Assembly: GCA_048938855.1 (NCBI GenBank) | Contig: JBHLLT010000008.1 | Location: 61,971 to 112,807, forward strand | Direction of reading: 5' to 3' | DNA from: Promethearchaeota archaeon | GTDB lineage: Archaea; Asgardarchaeota; Lokiarchaeia; Sigyniarchaeales; SOKP01 | Length of the DNA: 50,837 bases | Shown: positions 10,041 through 20,817 of the stretch, piece by piece | Position numbering within the stretch: the first letter of the stretch is position 1 | Layout: each line of letters starts with the position of its first letter | Made by a program: the position numbers and the translations under genes | The notes under the pieces: generated by a model | Database searches by the model: none | What the model was told of the DNA's origin: nothing | Seen by the model: the letters and a program-made list of their open reading frames with translations, nothing else

Positions 10041-10949
10041 TTAATCTGTGTGAGCAGATATGATCAAATCAGCAAAAAGCTTCATATCATTGAGTAACAT
10101 GTTCAATTTATCCTGGGAATCGCGATCAAGTTCTCCAGATTTCATAACTAGTACAGAGATGATATATTTGAAAATATGAAGCTCTACCTCTTTACCATCA
10201 CCATCTCGACCCCAAAATTTACTAGAATCTGACATAAATATATTTTCTCGGACGGTATTACATGCATTAATAAAATCTCTTAAATCTCCTCTCAATGTTA
10301 AACCACTACTAACCCCTTGAACATTATGGACAATGACATTGCCGGATATATCGCAAATAATTACTTTCGCATTAATCTCATCAAGTTGCTTTTCAGCTTT
10401 TTCTACATGAGACTTTAGCTCTGCATATTCTGAAATTAACACATCCCGGAACACTTTCGCTAATTTATCCTGTTCATAGATGCTTGTTAGCATGTAATCG
10501 AAGTCATAGTCTTTAAACAGGTCAAGGAAGATTTCCTTCGCTTTCTTTACATTAGTATCTAAAAGTTCTTTCTGGTAATCTTCAGTATCATATTTGTGAA
10601 GGAATAAAAAGATTTTTGGTTTTTCATTATTTTTTCGGTATAAGTCTAAAAGACTTATAAAATATTCCTTTGCATCATTGTAAGTATTAGGTTCATGGAG
10701 AGAGACAATAGGTATAAGAATGTCAGTTCCTCGGAAAATTTCAGGTTTCTCCATATATTCTTTCCTGAATTCTTCTTGCCCACCAAAATCAAAGATACCA
10801 ACTTGCAATCCTAAGAAAGGATGCCGTCGAGTTTCATAAAGGATTGTGGGTGCTAATCCTTTTGTATCTTCTGGGCGTTTTGCAGCAAACGCAACAGAAT
10901 AAACACTTGTTTTACCACATCCACTTAGTCCAACTAAACTGATTTTCAT
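10041..10949 (-). CDS. Rag/Gtr-like GTPase with C-terminal roadblock/longin-like domain
   Basis: GLSGCGKTS, PTI, DFGGQ, Rag-type G4 HKYD, TSI. C-terminal KVIICDISGNVIVHN. Confidence 0.85.
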   Translation of the reverse strand: MKISLVGLSGCGKTSVYSVAFAAKRPEDTKGLAPTILYETRRHPFLGLQVGIFDFGGQEEFRKEYMEKPEIFRGTDILIPIVSLHEPNTYNDAKEYFISLLDLYRKNNEKPKIFLFLHKYDTEDYQKELLDTNVKKAKEIFLDLFKDYDFDYMLTSIYEQDKLAKVFRDVLISEYAELKSHVEKAEKQLDEINAKVIICDISGNVIVHNVQGVSSGLTLRGDLRDFINACNTVRENIFMSDSSKFWGRDGDGKEVELHIFKYIISVLVMKSGELDRDSQDKLNMLLNDMKLFADLIISAHTD

Positions 10950-11027
10950 TTTTGACTTTCCTTTTTTTAATGGTTGTTATAATAATTTATTTCATTTAAC
11001 TTTTTTAATAAAATTTGATTTAGATTT

Positions 11028-12521
11028 TTATTCTTTTGGTGCTATTTTGAGTGTTCTGGAAAAAATCTTTCCCATAGATTCAGTTGAAGCTTCAACTAAT
11101 ATGTTTGCACTAATAGGTTCACCATCGGGGTTATCCATTGGATATCCAATTTCTATAGTTTCAAAAGGAAATAATTCTCTTATGGTTGTTATCCATGGAT
11201 TTTTTTCAAAAAGTTCTTCAACCGTTACTATTCTAATTTTCAAGTCTTCTAAAACATAACCTATAGTATTTGTTAATGATATATTCAGAATCTTGTTTTC
11301 CTCGTTTAAATCTTTTGAGACACTTAGAAATTTACGCGCTCCTAGCGAAGGGGTAACTTCTGGTTGCTCTTCTTCTGGTTTTGTTTCAATTCTAGGTTTT
11401 TCTTTTTCTTCCGAATCACGTATTATAAATACCTTTCTTTTTTGGATATTATATTGAGAAACTTTTTTGAGTTTTGCTAAAAACAGAACAGCATTTAAAT
11501 TAATGGCGTTAAAAGGTTCAATTTTTAAATATCCTTTTTCAGCAGCGTCTTCAATAATTTCAGTCCCAATACCAGTTCTTGCAAATACCGTATTTTTGTT
11601 CGCTCCTGAGCCCACACTACCCACAGAAATGTCGGCATGCTCAGCAGTCAAATCAGTACAGAAATTACAGCTCGAGGACTTAAATTTATCCAGTTGCTTA
11701 ATAGTGTATGATTTTACTGGTTCTCCTTGTAAGTCATAATATAAATGAAATTTACCTTTATTTATATCCATTTTTTGAACTTTTGATAAATCTATCCCTT
11801 CTTTCTCAAAAAATGAGTATATAGCTTCAGAAGCAAATGAATCCATACAGAATAAACCAATTTTAAGCACATGACATCGCATAAAATATTTTAACATACC
11901 GGTAGGGCTGTCAAACATTTTTGCAACAGCATCAATATTACAAGGAGTTCCTACAAATGCTATAGATCTAAAATCTTGTCTGACAGCATCCATAAGTGCC
12001 TCGACTGTTTGAGAATGACTATAAATAGAACCTGAAGCCTTAATTGCATCCTCTTTAGTTGTAATAATTTGGGCTACTGGATACCAAGGTTTATTACTTT
12101 GATCTTTCATTGTCACAACAGCAGCGTCAATTAAGTGTTCATCAAATAGATAACACAGTAGACTTGTGACTGTTCCTCCATCTTGTTTATGTGTCACTTC
12201 AGGTATATTAGTATTCGCTACATAACCTGTCCTGAATTCTCCCATTAATTGGTATGGATCAGTGATCGTTCGTGGGCATTGGTTATAGCAGATTCCACAT
12301 CCAGTACATTTACCAATTAATTTTGGCTGTCCTGCCATGTCATCCCATTCTAACACGGGACATACTGCAGCACATGTACCACACTCAGTACATATACCAG
12401 TTCGCACAATTTCTTTCATCAACATCCCAAAACTGTCTTTCTTCCCTTCTAACTTCTTTTGAATATATTCAAACGAGTACTTATAAGGGGTTTCGGTTTG
12501 ATCTGATTTATCTTCAGTCAT
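11028..12521 (-). CDS. FrhB/FdhB-family (F420-interacting) Fe-S flavoprotein with C-terminal Ig-like extension
   Basis: CTECGTCAAVCP, CTGCGICYNQCP, QDGGTVT, VGTPC, IGLFCM, CNFCTD, ADISVGSVGS; about 130 aa of linker plus beta-rich tail. Confidence 0.9.
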   Translation of the reverse strand: MTEDKSDQTETPYKYSFEYIQKKLEGKKDSFGMLMKEIVRTGICTECGTCAAVCPVLEWDDMAGQPKLIGKCTGCGICYNQCPRTITDPYQLMGEFRTGYVANTNIPEVTHKQDGGTVTSLLCYLFDEHLIDAAVVTMKDQSNKPWYPVAQIITTKEDAIKASGSIYSHSQTVEALMDAVRQDFRSIAFVGTPCNIDAVAKMFDSPTGMLKYFMRCHVLKIGLFCMDSFASEAIYSFFEKEGIDLSKVQKMDINKGKFHLYYDLQGEPVKSYTIKQLDKFKSSSCNFCTDLTAEHADISVGSVGSGANKNTVFARTGIGTEIIEDAAEKGYLKIEPFNAINLNAVLFLAKLKKVSQYNIQKRKVFIIRDSEEKEKPRIETKPEEEQPEVTPSLGARKFLSVSKDLNEENKILNISLTNTIGYVLEDLKIRIVTVEELFEKNPWITTIRELFPFETIEIGYPMDNPDGEPISANILVEASTESMGKIFSRTLKIAPKE

Positions 12522-12669
12522 GATTTTTGATTGAAACGCATATTGATTTTCAATAAATGAAAGTTCAATTAAGTAAAATAGGTTTTGTAAAAAAAATATT
12601 ATTAAAATAACGTAATTCTTTTTGAAAAATAAGTCAAAAATAGTCAGACTAGAATTTTATACTGATAAC

Positions 12670-14268
12670 CTAAGAATTTTCCAATTCCAATCTTTCCTCA
12701 ATTTTTTTAATCGCATTTGAAGCATGAATTCGAACAACTCTATGAAAATCATTAACTCTTTTAATTAATGCTTCAAGAGCAGGCTGACTACCAAAATTTT
12801 CTAATAATTTAATTAAACTTAATTTTACTTTATAGTTTTCACTTTCATTTGTACGTAAGAAATCTGTAAGAAGTGCTATGTCTTTGTTTAATATTCTTTT
12901 CAGATTTTGCGTATCTCCCCTATTTATGTACCAATTATTTTGAAAAATATTATATATTGCATCTACAGTTACTTTTTTTATTAGCCAGTACACATTCTCA
13001 TCTTCTATAATATCGAGCATATCATCTAACGGTATTATACTACCAATTTTCCCTAAAGCTATAATTGTATTCTTTTTTACATCGAGATTCCTTACTTTTA
13101 AAAGTTCACATAAAGGTTTAACAAATTCTTCTTTTCCAATTTCACCTAAGAGAAAAGCAACACTTTCTCTAACAGTGTTATTATCTTTACTTAAGGAATT
13201 AAATAAATTTTCGAAAGAAGCATTTGGATTATTTTGATAGATCTTTTTTATTGCATCTAATATATATAACTTCATGTCCAAATCAGTGTACTCAAAACTT
13301 ATATCTTCAATATCTAAGACATCTAAAAGTTCTGTTACAGCAGATAAATCTCCAATATCTCCTAACGCTTCAATAGCAGCTATACTCACTTCATTATAGA
13401 TATTATCTAAATTCGAGATTAATAAGTCTACAGCATCCTTGAGTTTTAATCTACCACATAATAAAACAGCATTTTTCTTAACTATAAAATCGTCGATTAA
13501 CAGCAATTTGATTATATCCTTCTCCACTTCTTTACCCAATATTGTTAATGTAGCAACTGCAGCGTCCATTAAGTTAATATCCTCTTCTTTTAAAACCTGA
13601 GTAATAACATCTAATAGTATAGATTTATTTTCAATTAAATTTGAAAAAATTTCGGGATATTTTATTTTAAGATAGCTTTGATCTTCAAATGAAACATTTA
13701 TGCTTGCGAGTTCGTATCCCATAATTTTTATTAATTCCATTTTATGTTTCTTTGAAAATTTTTTATTCTTTAATGATTCTAATGATAAATTTATTAGATT
13801 TTCAGGATCGATACCTAGTAATTCAATCGATACATATTCTCTAATGGAATTTGATGAATTATCTAATTCACTAATAAAAAGCTGTATTTCAGGAGTATCA
13901 AATCGAGTTTTTCTTATGGCTTTTAAGGCGGATAATTTGATTTCATTATTTATTGGTTCTTGTTCTAAAACCCATTTTAATGGTTTCAAAGCTTTTTGAT
14001 CCTTAATCCTTCCTAAAGCTTTAGCCGCTTCACATTTTATATCAATTATGTTATCAGAAATAAGAAGGTTTTCAAATAAATCATAACAATCATTCTTTAG
14101 TTTTGCTGAGCTATTACTGATCAATCCCAGATACTTAATTGCCTCTCTTCGCTTTGAATTATCTTTTTCTTGCTCTATAATTTCAGTTAACATATTTGCT
14201 GAAATTTCCAAACCCAATTCCTCAGTTCTTTGGTATATTTCACGAGGTTGAATTTTTACTTTCAACAT
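12670..14268 (-). CDS. HEAT-repeat (PBS lyase-like) protein
   Basis: Repeats such as AAKALGRIKD, AAIEALGDIGD, VAFLLGEIGK, TIIALGKIGS. Confidence 0.9.
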   Translation of the reverse strand: MLKVKIQPREIYQRTEELGLEISANMLTEIIEQEKDNSKRREAIKYLGLISNSSAKLKNDCYDLFENLLISDNIIDIKCEAAKALGRIKDQKALKPLKWVLEQEPINNEIKLSALKAIRKTRFDTPEIQLFISELDNSSNSIREYVSIELLGIDPENLINLSLESLKNKKFSKKHKMELIKIMGYELASINVSFEDQSYLKIKYPEIFSNLIENKSILLDVITQVLKEEDINLMDAAVATLTILGKEVEKDIIKLLLIDDFIVKKNAVLLCGRLKLKDAVDLLISNLDNIYNEVSIAAIEALGDIGDLSAVTELLDVLDIEDISFEYTDLDMKLYILDAIKKIYQNNPNASFENLFNSLSKDNNTVRESVAFLLGEIGKEEFVKPLCELLKVRNLDVKKNTIIALGKIGSIIPLDDMLDIIEDENVYWLIKKVTVDAIYNIFQNNWYINRGDTQNLKRILNKDIALLTDFLRTNESENYKVKLSLIKLLENFGSQPALEALIKRVNDFHRVVRIHASNAIKKIEERLELENS

Positions 14269-14679
14269 ACATTAACCATTTAATGTAATTTTTTTTAAAT
14301 CTAACATTTTATGTTGTTTAATTATCAATTATTGATCAGCAATTATAAAAATATTGCCCAAATTAAACATAAAGTTAGAAATACACTATCAGAACAATTA
14401 AAAATAACCAATAATCGCCATAAACCTAATTAAATTTATGGGTTTTCAGATAATTTTCTATTTATGTTTCATTTCTCTCGAAAGTTAAATCAAGAATTCA
14501 CATTAAATTTGATAAGACTAAAACCTAAACCTTTAAAATTTTATATATAAAAACATCTAATATTTTATAATTATATTATAAAACAGAGGAGATTAAATAC
14601 CCAAAATTATCACTTATTAAAAATAGAAAAGGAAGTTCTTCAAGAGTTAGAATCAATTATAAATCACGCTATCCCTTTA

Positions 14680-15282
14680 ATGGAAGCATGTGAATATGAT
14701 AAATTAGGTTTTTCTATTAGAAATAATCATGTTTTTGGGCTTTCTCTAGCACATCAGAAGTTAACAATATTCCCAAAATGCATCCTAAGATTAAAATTTC
14801 TCCGAGAATTATGGTTTTTGGAGAATCGTATCCATCAACTTCCTGAAAAAGTTGGAAAATTGAAATATTTAATCCGAATTGATATGGAAAGAAATTTCTC
14901 ACTTTCAAATTTACCTGAATCTGTATGGAATTTAAAAAATTTGGAAGTTTTGGGCTTAGGAGGAAATAAATTTTCCAAAATTTCTGAGAGAATAACAGAA
15001 CTTCCCAACTTAAAATATCTTTTTCTTGAAAATAATGAATTTACAAAAATTCCAGATTTTATTTGGAATTTAACACAATTGGAAGTGTTAGGGCTTGGTG
15101 GTAATAAGTTTAAAGAAATTTCACCGAAATTAAAGCAATTTACTCAATTAAGGTATTTAAATTTAAAAAACATTGATTTTTTAGGCTTAAATTCTCGTTG
15201 CGTTGGGAATATACGAGATAAGAGTGGAAAAGCAAAAAATGAAGTTAAGGATTATATTAAGTCATTATTTCATTTACATTAA
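14680..15282 (+). CDS. Leucine-rich repeat protein
   Basis: LxxLxxLxLxxNxxxxLP repeats (LKNLEVLGLGGNKFSKIS). Frame stays open upstream to at least 14593, so the real start may be earlier. Confidence 0.9.
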   Translation: MEACEYDKLGFSIRNNHVFGLSLAHQKLTIFPKCILRLKFLRELWFLENRIHQLPEKVGKLKYLIRIDMERNFSLSNLPESVWNLKNLEVLGLGGNKFSKISERITELPNLKYLFLENNEFTKIPDFIWNLTQLEVLGLGGNKFKEISPKLKQFTQLRYLNLKNIDFLGLNSRCVGNIRDKSGKAKNEVKDYIKSLFHLH

Positions 15283-15463
15283 ATTTTCTCTCAATTTCCT
15301 TAAAAATTAGGATAGAAAGATAAAATCAGAGTCTGATTTCAATGAAAATTCCTTTGAACAGATGAAATTGAAATGAAAAAGATTCGAGAGTCCTAAATCG
15401 AAAAAAAGATCATATTTATATTCCTAAATGATAGAATAAGATTCATCTAGGTGAAGTCTTTTC

Positions 15464-16678
15464 ATGAATACAGAATCTAAGAGAATAAGGTACCTTTTCC
15501 TTGATAACATCAAAGTCCTTTTTACAATAATAGTGATTTTTTGGCATACGATGGTCACTTATTTTGACGTAGGGTGGTGGTACTATAAAGAATCTAACCC
15601 AGTTGATCCTTTCAGTGAAATTTTCTTTCTACTTGTAGCTTCAATTGGAGGTGTGTTTCAAACTTCACTATTAGGATTATTCTTTTTATTAGGGGGTTAC
15701 TTTACTCCAAAAAGTTATGATCGAAAAGGTATTCGTAAATTCTGGAAAGAACGACTTATTCGTCTTGGTATTCCTCTCTTTTTGTATATCCTAGTAATTA
15801 ATCCTTTAATGATTTATATCCTATCTACATTAGGAATTTCTCCATGGAGTACCGACCCTATGTTAAAAGGGACTTTTCTAGATTATTATTTCAGCAGATT
15901 TTTATCTTGGGAAAATTTCATTAACTTTATATCATTTGGGGGGCCTATGTGGTTTCTCAGGGTTTTACTAATCTTTACTGTGGTTTACACTTTTTGGCGA
16001 CAAATAACCAAGTTAGACTCAATACAACGAAAAATTCCAAAAAAATTTTCCATCCCACGATATTTTTATTTACTTCTTTTAGCTATTGGTTTAGGATGCC
16101 TTACTTTTTTAGTACGTATAGTCTTTCCTATAGACGTACGCCCACTGGAAGTACCGTGGGGTCAACTCATTCAGTATCTAATGATGTTCATTCTTGGTGT
16201 TATATGTATTAGGTATCTTTGGTTTGAAAGAATGACTAAACAACATGTTAAAATCTGGTTATTTACAATAATAATTTCACTTGTTGTAATTTATATCGAC
16301 TTTTTTATAGCTATAGTAAAAGATGTAGATTTTATAGATTTTACAGGAGGTGCCAATTTACATGCTTTTCTTTTCGCCTTGGTAGACAATATCATTTGTA
16401 TGGGAATTATTTTTGTCTTGATCAAGGTTTTTTACACAAAATTCAACAGACAAGGGCCTATTTTACGAAACCTATCCACTAGTGCATATTATATGTACCT
16501 TCTTCATCCAATTATCCTTGTGGTTATATCCCTTGGATTTGCATCCTTAAGAATTTATCCTATTTTAAAATTAGCTATGGTTTTTCCTTTAACTGTCCTA
16601 TTTTGCTATTTAGCAAGTCATTATGTCCTCGAAAAAATCAATTTGAAAAAATGCATAAGAACTATTCAGAATAATTAA
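15464..16678 (+). CDS. Acyltransferase family 3 (OpgC/MdoC-like) membrane protein
   Basis: RYLFLDNIK..VIFWH, LFFLLGGYF, ERLIRLGIP, PMWFL, AYYMYLLH; about 10 TM segments. Confidence 0.9.
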   Translation: MNTESKRIRYLFLDNIKVLFTIIVIFWHTMVTYFDVGWWYYKESNPVDPFSEIFFLLVASIGGVFQTSLLGLFFLLGGYFTPKSYDRKGIRKFWKERLIRLGIPLFLYILVINPLMIYILSTLGISPWSTDPMLKGTFLDYYFSRFLSWENFINFISFGGPMWFLRVLLIFTVVYTFWRQITKLDSIQRKIPKKFSIPRYFYLLLLAIGLGCLTFLVRIVFPIDVRPLEVPWGQLIQYLMMFILGVICIRYLWFERMTKQHVKIWLFTIIISLVVIYIDFFIAIVKDVDFIDFTGGANLHAFLFALVDNIICMGIIFVLIKVFYTKFNRQGPILRNLSTSAYYMYLLHPIILVVISLGFASLRIYPILKLAMVFPLTVLFCYLASHYVLEKINLKKCIRTIQNN

Positions 16679-16887
16679 AGTATATTTGATTTTTCTTAAA
16701 CAAGGTAAATTGATATCATTCATTAACAAATAAGATCATTCATATAGAAATTATATAAAAAATTATGTATATTTTGAAAAAAGTGATATTTATTTAAAAC
16801 CAAAAACGATATTTGGATATATGTTAGAAATTATCGGTTATACACCATAATTATAATAATTGTATTAAATTATTCGAAAACCTCAAA

Positions 16888-19752
16888 ATGTTTGAATTTG
16901 AAACAAAAGAACTAGACTATGCAAAAGAACTCATTGAAAATGGAAGATTTAGTAAAGCTTCTCAGGTTTTAAAAGACTTCGGGGAAAGAGGAGATATAAC
17001 GCTGAATGAACAACTCTCATATTATATTCTTATCTGTTTTTTAAATGCAAAATTGAAAGATAATGAAACACTACAAAAGTATGCTGAAAAAGCTTATTCT
17101 GCAAGTCAGGGGCAAAAAAATTCTCTTCAATTAGTTGATGTCTACATTGTAAAATCAATGGCTTTTGTTTCGCTTCACAAATACAGAGAAGCTCTCACCT
17201 TACTTTCACAAAGCGAAAAAATCCTTGAATCCCTTAACTTAAAGGCGTCGAAAGAGTCTAACGAAAGAAAGGCTGAGATTTCCTATGTTAGAGCAAATAT
17301 ATATTTTTTGACGAGAGACTTTGATAAAGCTCTCGAGTATGCAGAACAATCTTTAATGTTAAACAGAAAACATAAGCTCAAAGTAAGTATAATTGAGTCC
17401 CTTGAAGTACTGAGAAATGTATATTACTACCAAGGTAAGTTTGAAGAATCGCTAGAATATTCAAATAAATGTCTTTCACTAGCTGAAGAAATTGATTACA
17501 AATCGCAGATTCTAAGCTGTTATATGCATTTTGGTATTATTTATGCTTTTAAAGGTGAAGTGAATAGTGCAATAGAGCACTACAACAAAGCTTTAACAAT
17601 TGCTAAAGCAATTGATTATAAGTTTGGAATAGCAGCAGCTCTTAACAATCTTGGAGATTTATATCGAAAACAAGGCAAATTCAATCTTGCTAAAGAAACT
17701 TTGGAAAAAAGCGTAGATATCTTTAAACAAATAGGAATTTCTGGAGTTACGTCCATTGATTCATTATTTCATTTAGCTCTTGAAGAGGGTGACCTCGAGT
17801 TGGCTCAAAAATATCTAGAACAACTGTGGCAAATTAAAGATAGGTCGAAATTTAGTTACATGGCTTATCGAGTTGATAATGCTGTGTTCTTGAAGAACAG
17901 CCCCCGAGCCATAAATCGGGGTAAAGCTGAAGAAATATTGAAAGAAATAGTTGAAGCAGAAATTGTTGACTATGAAATTACAATTATTGCCTTATTGCAT
18001 TTAACTGATCTGCTATTATATGAACTTCAAAATACCGGAGATCGTGAAATAATCGATGAGATTAAGCCAAATCTTGTGAAATTACTCGACTTAGCCGAAA
18101 AAAACCACTCGTTCCCTTTACTAGCTGAAGTCTACATATTTCGAGCTAGACTCGCATTAGTGACCCTTGAATTACAAGAAGCTCAAGCATTATTGACTAA
18201 AGCACAAAATATTGCTGAAAAATATCATATCAATAACCTCGCTATAAGGATTTCAATCGAGCATGACGATTTACTCAAAAAAATAAACAAATGGGAAGGC
18301 ATTGATGAATTTAATACCTCATTAAGCGAGAGGATGCAATTAGCGGGCATCCGTCAACAAATGGAGCAGTTGATCCACAAAAGAGCTATAAATCCTTTAG
18401 AGGTTCTATATGAGGAACCCATCGTGCTTTTAATTATGGGGAAAAATGGACTTTCGTATTTTAAATATCCGTTTAAAACGGATTGGGATAAAAGTTGGCT
18501 TTCCACCTCTTTTATGTCTGCTTTAACAACTTTAAGTAAAGAAATCTTTTCTGAGTCTATCGATCGTATCCAGATCGGAGAAAACACAATACTAATTAAT
18601 CCAATCGAATCATTTTTGGTGTGTTATGTAATAAGAGGACAATCTTATCTTGGAAAACAGAAGTTAAATTATTTTACAAAAGCCCTTAAGGATGATACTG
18701 AAATTTGGGAAAGTTTGAACAAAGCTATCCAAACAGGAGAAGAATTAGATATAATTTATTTTCCTTCCCTATTGGCCATTATTAACGAGATTTTTCATAA
18801 GTTTAATAAAGCAGTTCAATTTCAAAAAGATGACGATGTTGATTACACTGAAGTACAAATAGAGCAAAGTAGTCAGCAAGAGTTAAGCAGGGATTTCAAA
18901 TTAATTAAGTTTTTAGGCGAAGGTTGGTCTGCTAAGGTTTATTCCTGCAAAATAAAAAATGATAGATTAATTAGCCTCTTGAAATTAGACCCAACCAAAT
19001 TGTATGCAATAAAAATCTACAAGAAAGAAAAACTTCATGTAAAAAATCAAGAAAAGAGAATTCAAAGAGAATTTAGGACGGGAATTAAGTTAAAACATCC
19101 TAATTTGGTTAAACTGTATTATTATGGATTGTCAGCAGTAGGGAATCCATATCTTTTAATGGAATTTTTAGATGGAAAAACACTTATCGATTTTGTAAAA
19201 GAGAATTATCCAATTGAACCGGATGTAATAATTGAATTGTCAAAAAATATTTGTTCTGTTGTCAATTTTCTCAATCAGAACAAAATTATCCATCGTGACA
19301 TAAAACCCGATAATGTTATGATCCTAAATAATGGATCTATCAAACTCATGGATCTTGGAGTAATTAAAGATTTAAGTGATAACACTTTGCAATATTCAAA
19401 TCAAGATTTTCTTGGTTCAATTAGATATTCTGCTCCTGAGTATCTTTTAAACTTAGATTATAATTCGATTAAAATGGATGCATATGCAGTCGGTGCGATC
19501 TTGTATTTATTAATATATGGATACCATATTTTTGATGAAGAACAATATTTTGTGAAATTGATTAATTTAAAGAACGCTCATAATCTAAATTTTAAAAGAT
19601 TACCCCATGAAAATGAGACTTTAGTCGAATTATTAAAAATAACACAGGATTTACTAAAGAAAGATCCAGGTGAACGACTTAGTCTTGATGATGCTCTGAG
19701 TCAAGTTAAAAAATTATATGAAACGAATAATCGAGAAATTGCAGCCTTATAG
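16888..19752 (+). CDS. TPR-longin-like protein fused to Hanks-type Ser/Thr kinase
   Basis: TPRs, then the same longin-like module (PIVLLIMGKNGLSYF..FLVCYVIRG), then LGEGWSAKVY, AIK, HPNLV, HRDIKPDN, DLG, YSAPE, DPGER. Confidence 0.9.
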   Translation: MFEFETKELDYAKELIENGRFSKASQVLKDFGERGDITLNEQLSYYILICFLNAKLKDNETLQKYAEKAYSASQGQKNSLQLVDVYIVKSMAFVSLHKYREALTLLSQSEKILESLNLKASKESNERKAEISYVRANIYFLTRDFDKALEYAEQSLMLNRKHKLKVSIIESLEVLRNVYYYQGKFEESLEYSNKCLSLAEEIDYKSQILSCYMHFGIIYAFKGEVNSAIEHYNKALTIAKAIDYKFGIAAALNNLGDLYRKQGKFNLAKETLEKSVDIFKQIGISGVTSIDSLFHLALEEGDLELAQKYLEQLWQIKDRSKFSYMAYRVDNAVFLKNSPRAINRGKAEEILKEIVEAEIVDYEITIIALLHLTDLLLYELQNTGDREIIDEIKPNLVKLLDLAEKNHSFPLLAEVYIFRARLALVTLELQEAQALLTKAQNIAEKYHINNLAIRISIEHDDLLKKINKWEGIDEFNTSLSERMQLAGIRQQMEQLIHKRAINPLEVLYEEPIVLLIMGKNGLSYFKYPFKTDWDKSWLSTSFMSALTTLSKEIFSESIDRIQIGENTILINPIESFLVCYVIRGQSYLGKQKLNYFTKALKDDTEIWESLNKAIQTGEELDIIYFPSLLAIINEIFHKFNKAVQFQKDDDVDYTEVQIEQSSQQELSRDFKLIKFLGEGWSAKVYSCKIKNDRLISLLKLDPTKLYAIKIYKKEKLHVKNQEKRIQREFRTGIKLKHPNLVKLYYYGLSAVGNPYLLMEFLDGKTLIDFVKENYPIEPDVIIELSKNICSVVNFLNQNKIIHRDIKPDNVMILNNGSIKLMDLGVIKDLSDNTLQYSNQDFLGSIRYSAPEYLLNLDYNSIKMDAYAVGAILYLLIYGYHIFDEEQYFVKLINLKNAHNLNFKRLPHENETLVELLKITQDLLKKDPGERLSLDDALSQVKKLYETNNREIAAL

Positions 19753-19974
19753 TAGTTAATTTTAACTCCTCAGTTAATTTGTATAAATATTTTAATTCAA
19801 TTAAATAAAATACATTGAATACAATTTGTGTATATGGCTATATTATAGATTTTGATGAAACTATTATTAAGAAGGAGTTTAAAGATAAGAAAATATTGAA
19901 AAATTTTCTACTAATTTTAAGTTTAGATTTAGTAGGGAATAATCATAGACTTATAAAGCATTAATAAAGAGATT

Positions 19975-20817
19975 TTATGAAAATTTAAGAGATTCTAACT
20001 TTCTGAATTGATTGTAAGCTACTTCAGAACCATCCATAAACATTTTTCTGAAACTTTTTTGTGCCAATTTTCCTATAAAACCAGCAACGAGTCTTTTCAT
20101 TAAGCCTACCCTCACATCAACAAAATATTTTTTACCATCATCCAACCATCCTTGTTCAAACCAAAAAGCATAATCTGCATTTTTTTCATCGTTTACTATC
20201 CGATGTAGTAATACCCTTAATTTAAAACCGATAACACTCCCATAGGTAGGCTTTTGATATTTCTTTTCCTGCAATGCTTTTATAAAAACCCTACAAGTCT
20301 TTCGAATTTTTTTTACAATTTTTTTTTCTCTTCCAGGTTGTGTTAAAAGTTCTAAGCTGGCAACGTAATTAAAGCCCCAAGAATGAGCTACTTCATTAAA
20401 GTAACTTGTAATAGCTTTTGCTCCAGTAATTCCTTGATTACAAACACCAATAGCAATCTTCCCAAAAAAACAAGGTCTATGGAAAATATAGGCACATCTG
20501 TCAAAAAAGTTCTTCATCAATGCTGGAATATGCAGGGCATACGCGGGAGCCATAAATATGATTCCATCAGATTCATTGATTTTGTGTAAAATTTTGTCCC
20601 TATCATCATTTCTAAAGGGACATGAATCTTCCCCATCGAAAAAACAGTTTAAACACCCTCTACACCGTTCTAAATTTACATCCTTGAGGTATAAATATTT
20701 AAATTCAATCTCATTACTGAGAGTTTTTAATTCTCTTTCTAATTGCTCCATCACAATGGTCCCGTATCCTTTTCTAGGACCTCCCATTATTGTTAAAACT
20801 TTAATTTTTATCTCCAC
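19975..20817 (-). CDS. Flavodoxin-fold / iron-sulfur flavoprotein (NADPH-dependent FMN reductase family)
   Basis: GGPRKG, CRGCLNC..SC, SDGIIFMAPAY..PALMKNFFDR. Confidence 0.88.
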   Translation of the reverse strand: MEIKIKVLTIMGGPRKGYGTIVMEQLERELKTLSNEIEFKYLYLKDVNLERCRGCLNCFFDGEDSCPFRNDDRDKILHKINESDGIIFMAPAYALHIPALMKNFFDRCAYIFHRPCFFGKIAIGVCNQGITGAKAITSYFNEVAHSWGFNYVASLELLTQPGREKKIVKKIRKTCRVFIKALQEKKYQKPTYGSVIGFKLRVLLHRIVNDEKNADYAFWFEQGWLDDGKKYFVDVRVGLMKRLVAGFIGKLAQKSFRKMFMDGSEVAYNQFRKLESLKFS

